A stretch of 64,000 nt of DNA from Nitrospirota bacterium (GTDB taxonomy: Bacteria > Nitrospirota > UBA9217): assembly GCA_963740085.1 (NCBI GenBank), contig CAVUCU010000005.1:96001-160000 (forward strand), given 5' to 3'. Within the stretch, counting starts at the first letter, position 1. Every line of letters starts with the position of its first letter. Below, piece after piece: positions 56,007-64,000 of the stretch. The translations under genes were made by a program, and so were the position numbers. The notes under the pieces are model-generated. The model was given only the letters and a program-made list of their open reading frames with translations. It ran no database searches and was not told where the DNA came from.

Positions 56007-56402
56007 TTACCAAACATGGCAGAGGACTTCTCCGCCCACGTTGTCCTTCTTCGCCTGCTTGCCGGTCTGTATCCCCTTCGGCGTGGACAGAATCGCCGTG
56101 CCAAGGCCATCCAGCACTTTGGGAATGGCATCATTACCCGCGTACACCCTGCAGCCGGGCTTACTGATCCGCTTCAGGCCCTGAAGAACCGGGGCCTCTT
56201 CTTCTGTGTACTTGAGATACACGCGGATCAGACCCTGCCGGCGGTCTTTTACCAATTTCACGTTCTTGACAAATCCCTCGTCTTTCAGAATCTTCGCTAT
56301 CTCCACCTTCAGCTTGGAGGAGGGAATGTCCACTTTTTCATGTTTTGCCTTACTGGCATTGCGGATGCGCGTCAGCATATCCGCGATAGGATCGGTCATC
56401 AT
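56007..56402 (-). CDS. rpsH: 30S ribosomal protein S8
   Basis: [23 protein letters not shown]. Confidence 0.98.
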   Translation of the reverse strand: MMTDPIADMLTRIRNASKAKHEKVDIPSSKLKVEIAKILKDEGFVKNVKLVKDRRQGLIRVYLKYTEEEAPVLQGLKRISKPGCRVYAGNDAIPKVLDGLGTAILSTPKGIQTGKQAKKDNVGGEVLCHVW

Positions 56403-56421
56403 TGATTCAAACCCCTTTTGC

Positions 56422-56607
56422 TTACCAACTCGCCTTGATCACGCCCGGGATCTCTCCCTTGAGCGCCCTGTTTCTGAAGCAGATCCTGCACAGGTCAAAT
56501 TTTCGTAGATAGCCCCGAGATCGACCGCACAGCGGACAGCGGGAGTATTTACGAACTTTAAACTTCGGTGCTCTCGATGCCTTCGCTATCAAAGACTTCT
56601 TTGCCAT
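56422..56607 (-). CDS. rpsN: 30S ribosomal protein S14, zinc-binding type
   Basis: 61 aa; [21 protein letters not shown]. Confidence 0.97.
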   Translation of the reverse strand: MAKKSLIAKASRAPKFKVRKYSRCPLCGRSRGYLRKFDLCRICFRNRALKGEIPGVIKASW

Positions 56608-56636
56608 TGTTCCTCCGTCCCCTCCATCCGGTTGGA

Positions 56637-57359
56637 CTACTTCCTGTACGGCATCCCCAGATGGCCGAGCAATGCCCTACCTTCTTCATCGGTCTTCGCC
56701 GTCGTTACAATCACGATATCGAGTCCGTGTACCGAGTCCACCTTGTCGAAATCAATCTCAGGGAAAATCACCTGTTCCTTGATACCAACCGTATAGTTGC
56801 CTCTCCCGTCAAACGACTTTGACGACACGCCCTTAAAATCCCTGATGCGCGGAAGCGCGGCGTTGATAAATCGGTCAAGGAACTCATACATGCGCTCGCG
56901 CCTGAGGGTCACCATACAACCAATCGACATTCCCTCCCTGAGCTTGAAGGTTGCGATAGATTTTTTAGCGCGGGTGATAACGGGACGCTGGCCGGTTATT
57001 TTTCCAAGTTCTTCAGCGGCATGGTCAAGCGCTTTTGCATTGGTGATCGCCTCACCCAGACCTACGTTCAGTACGACCTTAACAATCTTCGGCGCCTGCA
57101 TAGGGTTTTTATACTGGAATTCCTTCATGAGCGCCGGGACGACGACGTCATGATAGCGCTGTCTCAGCCTCGGCGTCGGGATGCGCTCCGGTGCGGTCTT
57201 CTTGGCAACGGATGCCGATGCCCCTTCGGCAGTCTTGGCATCCTTCTTTGCATCCTTTGGCGAGGCCTTCGACTTCGCAGCCACCTTGGGGGCCTTGGCA
57301 GCATCTTTCTTTTTGTCGCCGCCTTTTGCCTCTTTTGACTTATCTTTCTTATCTGCCAT
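56637..57359 (-). CDS. rplE: 50S ribosomal protein L5 with ~60-aa Lys/Ala-rich N-terminal extension
   Basis: Core from [29 protein letters not shown]. Confidence 0.95.
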   Translation of the reverse strand: MADKKDKSKEAKGGDKKKDAAKAPKVAAKSKASPKDAKKDAKTAEGASASVAKKTAPERIPTPRLRQRYHDVVVPALMKEFQYKNPMQAPKIVKVVLNVGLGEAITNAKALDHAAEELGKITGQRPVITRAKKSIATFKLREGMSIGCMVTLRRERMYEFLDRFINAALPRIRDFKGVSSKSFDGRGNYTVGIKEQVIFPEIDFDKVDSVHGLDIVIVTTAKTDEEGRALLGHLGMPYRK

Positions 57360-57420
57360 GATCTCTTTTCCCTATTTCACTAAGTATGGACATCCTCACG
57401 CTGCGCCGACGGTATGCGCA

Positions 57421-57732
57421 TCAATCAATGATCTCGTTGCAGGTTTTGCATACGCGATTGCGTGTACCGTCACCCTGCGTCGCCCGGGACGTGGCCGTCG
57501 GCTTGTCGCATTTCGCACAGATAAGCCTTACGTTCGAGGCGGCAATGGGGCTCTCTTTCTCGAGGATACCGCCTTGCCTGAGCTGCTGGTTGGGTTTTGT
57601 ATGCCGCTTGATCATATTAAGCTTCTCAATGAGGAGGCGGTTGGTAGCTGGATACACTGCGATTACCCTGCCTCGCTTCCCCTTCTCCTTGCCGGAAACC
57701 ACCATCACGTTGTCATTTTTTTTAATCTGCAT
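57421..57732 (-). CDS. rplX: 50S ribosomal protein L24
   Basis: MQIKKNDNVMVVSGKEKGKRG..GGILEKESPI. Confidence 0.97.
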   Translation of the reverse strand: MQIKKNDNVMVVSGKEKGKRGRVIAVYPATNRLLIEKLNMIKRHTKPNQQLRQGGILEKESPIAASNVRLICAKCDKPTATSRATQGDGTRNRVCKTCNEIID

Positions 57733-57779
57733 TTTTCTGATCCTATTTTTCCGTAACCTGGTTATGGACGACACTATTC

Positions 57780-58148
57780 CTACAAAACTTCGGGCGCAAG
57801 TGAAATGATCTTCATAAAGTTCTTCTTGCGGAGTTCTCGGGCGACGGGCCCGAAGATGCGCGTCCCGATAGGCTCATTTGATGCATTGATAAGCACTGCC
57901 GCGTTCCGGTCGAACTTGATGTACGATCCGTCCTGCCGACGAACTTCCTTCGTGGTCCGGACGACGACGGCCTTGGCAACCGTTCCCTTTTTAGCCTGTC
58001 CCTCGGGAATTGCCGCCTTGATGGCCACGACGATTATGTCGCCGAGCGAGGCATAGCGCTTCCGCGTTCCGCCGAGGACCTTTATGCACATCACTTTTTT
58101 TGCGCCGGAATTATCGGCGACATCCAATACCGTCTGCTGCTGAATCAT
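57780..58148 (-). CDS. rplN: 50S ribosomal protein L14
   Basis: [36 protein letters not shown]. Confidence 0.98.
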   Translation of the reverse strand: MIQQQTVLDVADNSGAKKVMCIKVLGGTRKRYASLGDIIVVAIKAAIPEGQAKKGTVAKAVVVRTTKEVRRQDGSYIKFDRNAAVLINASNEPIGTRIFGPVARELRKKNFMKIISLAPEVL

Positions 58149-58177
58149 AGTTCATCCTCAGAAAGGGTTTTTGTACT

Positions 58178-58438
58178 TTATTGATTGGCCTTCTCGACGA
58201 TCTCAAGAACTTTCCATCTTTTTTCTTTGGAGAGAGGTCTGGTCTCGATGAACCGGACCACGTCGCCCACCTTGCATTCGTTCTTTTCGTCATGGACCTT
58301 GAACTTGGTGGTCCGCTTGATGGTCTTGGTGTACTTCGCGTGAGCAATTCGCCTCGTTACCGCGAGCACCACCGTCTTATCCATCTTGTCACTGACGACC
58401 TGTCCCATATATGTTTTTCGCTTCTTATACTCTTCCAT
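58178..58438 (-). CDS. rpsQ: 30S ribosomal protein S17
   Basis: [23 protein letters not shown]. Confidence 0.98.
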   Translation of the reverse strand: MEEYKKRKTYMGQVVSDKMDKTVVLAVTRRIAHAKYTKTIKRTTKFKVHDEKNECKVGDVVRFIETRPLSKEKRWKVLEIVEKANQ

Positions 58439-58625
58439 ACTTTTCCTTTAAGATTGTCTTGGTTTTGGCGATGTCCCGGCGCAACGTCCTGAGGCGCATC
58501 GGGTTCTCGATCTGGCCCATGGCCTGTTGAAACCGGAGATTGAACAATTCTTTTTTGAGATCAGCCGCCTTGGTCTGCAGTTCGTCATTCGACAGGTCTC
58601 TCAGGTCCTTTACGATAGTCTTCAT
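58425..58625 (-). CDS. rpmC: 50S ribosomal protein L29
   Basis: [23 protein letters not shown]. Confidence 0.97.
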   Translation of the reverse strand: MKTIVKDLRDLSNDELQTKAADLKKELFNLRFQQAMGQIENPMRLRTLRRDIAKTKTILKEKYGRV

Positions 58626-59038
58626 ACTTCAGCCTCCCGGGAGACAAACTTCGTGGCGATCGGCAGCTTGTATGCCGCAAGCCTGAACGCCTCCCTCGCC
58701 ACGGATTCGTCAACTCCACCCATCTCGTAGAGCACGCGACCGGGCTTCACAACGGCGACCCAGTACTCGGGCGCGCCCTTGCCTTTTCCCATACGCGTTT
58801 CCGCGGGCTTTTTTGTAATCGGCTTGTCAGGGAATATTCGTATCCAGATCTTGCCTCCCCGTTTGACGTAACGAGTCATGGCGATACGAGCCGCCTCGAT
58901 CTGCCGGCTCGAGATCCAACCCGGCTCCAGGACCTTCAGCCCATATTCACCGTAGCTTACTTCCGCTCCCCGGCAGGCAATGCCGTTCATATTTCCTTTG
59001 TGCATCTTTCTGTGCTTTACTCGTTTGGGTGACAACAT
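58622..59038 (-). CDS. rplP: 50S ribosomal protein L16
   Basis: [23 protein letters not shown]. Confidence 0.98.
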   Translation of the reverse strand: MLSPKRVKHRKMHKGNMNGIACRGAEVSYGEYGLKVLEPGWISSRQIEAARIAMTRYVKRGGKIWIRIFPDKPITKKPAETRMGKGKGAPEYWVAVVKPGRVLYEMGGVDESVAREAFRLAAYKLPIATKFVSREAEV

Positions 59039-59084
59039 AATATAAATCCTTTATCTCGGTAATCTTGTGTCTGCAATAAGGCCT

Positions 59085-59735
59085 TTATGCAACGGCGGTT
59101 GGCTTCGGCACCTGGAGCACGTCCCCGCGATAGATCCATACCTTTACGCCGATCTGCCCCATCGTGGTCTTGGCCTCAAAGAAGCCATACTGAATATCGG
59201 CCCGCAGCGTATGGAGCGGCACCCGGCCCTCACGGTACCATTCGGTCCTTGCGATCTCGCCGCCAGCCAGTCTTCCGGCGCACATTATCTTAATACCCTG
59301 AGCACCCAGCCTAAGCGCTGAGGTCACTGACTTCTTCATGGCCCTGCGAAACGCAATCCTGCGCTCCAGTTGGAGCGCTATATTCTCAGCGACAAGTTGA
59401 GCATCGAGCTCCGGACGTCTGATCTCCTGGATATTTATGTACATCTGCTTCCCGGTCATGGTCTCAAGATCTTTCTTGAGCTTGTCAACCTCAGCACCTT
59501 TTTTACCGATGATAATGCCGGGCCGCGCCGTATGAATGTTGATCTTTGCCTTCTGGCCCGCGCGCTCTATCTCAATCTTGGAGACCCCTGCATGCATGAG
59601 CCTCTCCTTGACGATCTTACGAATTTTGAGATCCTCATGCAGCAACGTTGCATAGTTCTTCTGGGAGAACCAGCGCGAATCCCACGTTTTTATAATCCCG
59701 AGCCGAAACCCGATTGGGTGAACCTTCTGTCCCAT
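59085..59735 (-). CDS. rpsC: 30S ribosomal protein S3
   Basis: [25 protein letters not shown]. Confidence 0.98.
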   Translation of the reverse strand: MGQKVHPIGFRLGIIKTWDSRWFSQKNYATLLHEDLKIRKIVKERLMHAGVSKIEIERAGQKAKINIHTARPGIIIGKKGAEVDKLKKDLETMTGKQMYINIQEIRRPELDAQLVAENIALQLERRIAFRRAMKKSVTSALRLGAQGIKIMCAGRLAGGEIARTEWYREGRVPLHTLRADIQYGFFEAKTTMGQIGVKVWIYRGDVLQVPKPTAVA

Positions 59736-59755
59736 GATGCCTCCGTATGGTATGA

Positions 59756-60085
59756 CTACGCTGAGAGTACCAGCGTTATGTGGCTGGTCCGCTTTCTAAT
59801 AGTATTGCCGCGTCCCATGGCCCGGGCCCGCATCCGCTTCATGGTAACACCCTGGTTCACGTAGGCCTTTGTCACCTTGAGTGCATCCGGATCTCCCACC
59901 TTTTTTTGTTCAGCATTCGCTAACGCGGAATCCAAAAGCTTCTTGACTACACGAGCAGCATGCAGCGGCGTGAACGTGAGAATATTGAGCGCATCTCCCA
60001 CCATCTTGCCTCTGATAAGGTCTATGACCTGCCTCGCCTTGCGCGGCGTAATGCGTATATGTCTTATTGTTGCGCTTGCTTCCAT
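59756..60085 (-). CDS. rplV: 50S ribosomal protein L22
   Basis: [29 protein letters not shown]. Confidence 0.98.
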   Translation of the reverse strand: MEASATIRHIRITPRKARQVIDLIRGKMVGDALNILTFTPLHAARVVKKLLDSALANAEQKKVGDPDALKVTKAYVNQGVTMKRMRARAMGRGNTIRKRTSHITLVLSA

Positions 60086-60128
60086 CTGATCACCCTCACT
60101 CTACTCTCATACACTGCGTTTTTGAGTA

Positions 60129-60419
60129 TTACTTCGGTGCGCTCGTCTTTTCCGCGGCCTTTGACCCGCTATGAGCCTTGAACATCCGTGTCGGCGAAAA
60201 TTCACCGAGCTTATGACCGACCATGTTCTCGGTGATATACACCGGAATAAACTTCCGTCCGTTATGCACCGCCAGGGTGTGTCCCACAAAATCCGGTGTA
60301 ATCGTCGATCTGCGCGACCATGTCTTCGTAATCTTTTTTTCGCCCATAGTGTTCATGGCCTCAACTTTTTTCATGAGGCTTTCGTCTATAAAAGGGCCTT
60401 TTTTAACTGATCTCGGCAC
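60129..60419 (-). CDS. rpsS: 30S ribosomal protein S19
   Basis: [28 protein letters not shown]. Confidence 0.98.
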   Translation of the reverse strand: MPRSVKKGPFIDESLMKKVEAMNTMGEKKITKTWSRRSTITPDFVGHTLAVHNGRKFIPVYITENMVGHKLGEFSPTRMFKAHSGSKAAEKTSAPK

Positions 60420-60435
60420 CGTATCCTCCGTTCTA

Positions 60436-60521
60436 CTACGATGGACGATTGACGTCCGCCCGCATCGCTCGCTCGGACGACGGACGCTTTTTCGTCCCTC
60501 GTCCTTCGTCTCTCGTCCTTC
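60436..60521. repeat. 7-bp periodic inverted-repeat element, GACGA family
   Basis: CTACGAT GGACGAT TGACG .. GGACGAC GGACG ... TCGTCCC TCGTCCT TCGTCTC TCGTCCT. Confidence 0.85.
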
Positions 60522-60533
60522 AATGCTGTTTCG

Positions 60534-61361
60534 TTACCTGCTCTTGGTTCTTCTCGATATAATAAACTTGTTTGTTGTTTTGTTATTCCGCGTCTTCTTG
60601 CCGTCCGGAAGACCCCATGGAGAGCACCCTGGCCTTCCGCCGGACGACTTGCCTTCGCCGCCGCCAAGCGGATGATCGACGGGATTCATCACCACGCCAC
60701 GGACCCTCGGCCTCATACCCATCCAGCGGGCCCTGCCGGCCTTGCCGATGCTGATGTTCTCGTGATCAAGATTCCCTACCTGTCCGATGGTCGCCATACA
60801 TTCGGAACGTACCATTCGTACTTCCCCGGAGTTGAGCCGAAGCGTGGCATATTCACCTTCTCGCGCCAGGAGCTGCACCGATGCGCCTGCGCTCCGCGCA
60901 AGCTGACCGCCGGACCCGCGCTTAAGCTCCACATTGTGAAGGGTGGTACCAACGGGTATCAATGTAATCGGCAATGCATTCCCCGGCTTGATATCGGAAT
61001 CCGGCCCTGACATGACGCTATCGCCCACCTTCAGGCTGAGTGGAGCCAGGATGTACCGCTTCTCCCCATCCGCATAATGAAGGAGCGCTATTCTCGCTGA
61101 GCGATTCGGATCATATTCTATCTGCGCCACTTTTGCGGGAATCCCGATCTTGTCGCGCCTGAAATCAATGATCCTGTATTTTTTTCTGTGTCCGCCGCCG
61201 CGATACCGTACGGTTATTTTACCGCGGTTGTTTCTGCCGCCGCTCTGGTTGAGTTTGGCAAGCAGCGATTTTTCCGGCGTGCTTCGCGTTATTTCTTCAA
61301 ACGTCGAGGAAGTCTGGAACCGTCTTCCAGGAGATGTTGGATTATAGGATTTTACCGGCAT
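60534..61361 (-). CDS. rplB: 50S ribosomal protein L2
   Basis: [25 protein letters not shown]. Confidence 0.98.
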   Translation of the reverse strand: MPVKSYNPTSPGRRFQTSSTFEEITRSTPEKSLLAKLNQSGGRNNRGKITVRYRGGGHRKKYRIIDFRRDKIGIPAKVAQIEYDPNRSARIALLHYADGEKRYILAPLSLKVGDSVMSGPDSDIKPGNALPITLIPVGTTLHNVELKRGSGGQLARSAGASVQLLAREGEYATLRLNSGEVRMVRSECMATIGQVGNLDHENISIGKAGRARWMGMRPRVRGVVMNPVDHPLGGGEGKSSGGRPGCSPWGLPDGKKTRNNKTTNKFIISRRTKSR

Positions 61362-61655
61362 TTACGCACCCTCGAATATAGCGATTTTTTCGCCCGGCTT
61401 AAGCGTAACGTACGCTTTTTTCCAGTCCGATCTGCGGCCTAACCGCTGACCGACCCGTTTGTTCTTGCCTGCGTTCTTAACCGTGGTCACATCGGCGACC
61501 TTCACCTTGAAGATTCCCTCGATCGCCTTCTTCACCTGTACCTTATTTGCATCAACCTTCACTTCGAAGGTCAGGACATTGTTCTTTTCCTTCAGCCGCG
61601 CGCCTTTTTCCGTTATCCGCGGAACACGAATGATGTCATACATGTCAATCGTCAT
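61362..61655 (-). CDS. rplW: 50S ribosomal protein L23
   Basis: PRITEK..ANKVQVKKAIE..WKKAYVTL. Confidence 0.97.
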   Translation of the reverse strand: MTIDMYDIIRVPRITEKGARLKEKNNVLTFEVKVDANKVQVKKAIEGIFKVKVADVTTVKNAGKNKRVGQRLGRRSDWKKAYVTLKPGEKIAIFEGA

Positions 61656-62275
61656 TTACCGAAAACCTCCTGCATGGAGTTAAGAGCGTCCTGCGTCGTA
61701 ATGAGGTAGCGGTACTTGAGCAAGTCATAGATATTGATGTTGTCCATTCTGAGCACCTTGACCGACGGAATGTTCCGGGCGGCCAGCGTCAGGTTTTTGT
61801 TCTCCGATGTGATCAGGATAAGCGCGTTTTCCTGTACCCCGAGCGTTTCAAGCATCGTGGAAACCAGCGTGGTCTTGGGCTCTGCGAGTTCAAGCTTCTC
61901 AATAAGCACAAGCCTGTTCTCAGCGAGCTTTGATGCAAGGGCGTCAATGAGCGCAGCCCGCTTTGCCTTTTTCGGGAGGGCATAGGAATAATTCCTCGGC
62001 ATGGGACCGAAGCAGGTGCCGCCATGCCTCCAGAGCGGGGAGCGGTTGCTTCCCGAGCGCGCCCTGCCCGTGCCCTTCTGCTTCCATGGTTTCGCTCCAC
62101 CGCCGCTCACGAGTGCCTTGTTCTTCGTGGACGCGGTGCCCGCACGCTTGTTCGCGAGCTGGTTCACCACCGCGGCGTGCATGAGATGCGGCCTTACCTC
62201 CGCTGAAAAAAGTCCCGGAAGTTCCACATCCTTCACTTTTTTGTTGTTCTGGTCAACCATTGCGACTGATGGCAT
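61652..62275 (-). CDS. rplD: 50S ribosomal protein L4
   Basis: KPWKQKGTGRARSGS.RSPLWRHGG..FGP. Confidence 0.98.
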   Translation of the reverse strand: MPSVAMVDQNNKKVKDVELPGLFSAEVRPHLMHAAVVNQLANKRAGTASTKNKALVSGGGAKPWKQKGTGRARSGSNRSPLWRHGGTCFGPMPRNYSYALPKKAKRAALIDALASKLAENRLVLIEKLELAEPKTTLVSTMLETLGVQENALILITSENKNLTLAARNIPSVKVLRMDNINIYDLLKYRYLITTQDALNSMQEVFGK

Positions 62276-62298
62276 TTCAATAACCCTCTATTTTTCTT

Positions 62299-62913
62299 TT
62301 AATCAGCCTTGTAGATAAGGAGCAGCCCGTTAACGCCGCCCGGTACCGCTCCGCGGACAAACAAAAGGTTCTGATCAGGCCGGACATCGACGATCTCTAA
62401 ATTTTTAATAGTCTGATTGACCACACCCATGTGTCCCGGAAGTTTTTTCCCCGGCCATACTCGCGACGGATAGGCGCTCGCACCGATCGATCCCGGCGCA
62501 CGGTTGAACATGGAGCCGTGGCCACCGGGTCCGCCCGCAAAATTATGCCTCTTCATCACCCCGGCAAACCCTTTACCCTTGGTGACGCCGCTCACCGCAA
62601 TCAATTCGCCTTTTTTGAAAATGTCAGCCGTCACCACCTGCCCCTGCTCAAAATCCCCGGTGCGGAACTCCCGCAGGAACCGGTGGGGCTGCACATTCGC
62701 CTTTTTAAAGTGGCCGGCAAGGGCCTTCGTAATACGGCCCTGTTTCTTTTCCTCATCAAAAGCAAGCTGGACTGACTCGTATCCATCATGTTCTGTGGTT
62801 TTTTTCTGCACCACCGTACACGGGCCCGCCTGGATAACGGTGACCGGTATGAGTTCCCCGCCGCTGTAGTGCTGGCTCATGCCTATCTTTTTTCCGATGA
62901 TTCCCTTGTTCAT
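62299..62913 (-). CDS. rplC: 50S ribosomal protein L3
   Basis: [34 protein letters not shown]. Confidence 0.98.
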   Translation of the reverse strand: MNKGIIGKKIGMSQHYSGGELIPVTVIQAGPCTVVQKKTTEHDGYESVQLAFDEEKKQGRITKALAGHFKKANVQPHRFLREFRTGDFEQGQVVTADIFKKGELIAVSGVTKGKGFAGVMKRHNFAGGPGGHGSMFNRAPGSIGASAYPSRVWPGKKLPGHMGVVNQTIKNLEIVDVRPDQNLLFVRGAVPGGVNGLLLIYKAD

Positions 62914-62958
62914 TACCTATCCCCTCACCCACGCCAAGGCGTGGCCGGTTTTTCTTTT

Positions 62959-63264
62959 CTACAGTTTGATCTCCACATCAACGCCTGCCGCAAGATCAAG
63001 CTTCATAAGAGCATCCACAGTCTGTGGCGTGGGATCCAGAATGTCCATCAGCCGTTTATGTGTCCTGATTTCAAACTGCTCGCGAGACTTCTTGTCTACA
63101 TGGGGAGAGCGGAGCACAGTCCAGCGATTGATCCTGGTCGGGAGCGGAATGGGGCCTGACACCTTGGCTCCAGTCCTCTTTGCCGTATCCATAATTTCTA
63201 CCGCAGACTGGTCGAGCAGTCGGTGGTCATATCCTTTTAATCGTATTCTGATCTTCTGTGTCAC
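62959..63264 (-). CDS. rpsJ: 30S ribosomal protein S10
   Basis: [36 protein letters not shown]; GTG start assumed. Confidence 0.97.
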   Translation of the reverse strand: MTQKIRIRLKGYDHRLLDQSAVEIMDTAKRTGAKVSGPIPLPTRINRWTVLRSPHVDKKSREQFEIRTHKRLMDILDPTPQTVDALMKLDLAAGVDVEIKL

Positions 63265-63310
63265 GTGCTTTTCCTTCCCCAATTAGTACGGGTGAATTTT
63301 CTTTACGCTC

Positions 63311-64000
<690 letters not shown>

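Overview
Core-genome window of an anaerobic or environmental bacterium. The 16S signature GTAAGACAGAGGTGGCGAGCG and the gene content suggest Nitrospirota (inference). Almost everything is on the minus strand. In order: an rrn operon (16S, tRNA-Ile, tRNA-Ala, 23S truncated at the window start); a YefM/YoeB toxin-antitoxin pair; a decayed DUF1566 gene with a DGR variable-repeat-like 3' end; tyrS; cbiX; ribF; hsp20 and hrcA-grpE-dnaK-dnaJ with two CIRCE operators; an accessory block 3' of tmRNA (CheB-CheR-PAS kinase, fadE, DUF169, IS30 remnant, unknown ORF); ssrA; divIVA-yggT-proC-yggS-pgeF; signalling genes; a Re-citrate-synthase-like gene; rpe-PASTA-rsmB-DUF116-fmt-def; and the S10-spc-alpha ribosomal protein cluster up to tuf. 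The most striking unexplained structure is a set of about 13 short non-coding elements in the gaps of housekeeping operons. Each has two inverted arms of degenerate 7-bp or 9-bp tandem units; they fall into several sequence families and one is nested in another. Also notable: an apparent orphan DGR target, an unannotated 21-aa Lys/Cys micro-ORF, a structured hsp20 leader, and an N-terminally extended L5. Six single-base insertions in dnaK, cheBR and rsmB look like assembly errors. All calls were made by eye without database searches.
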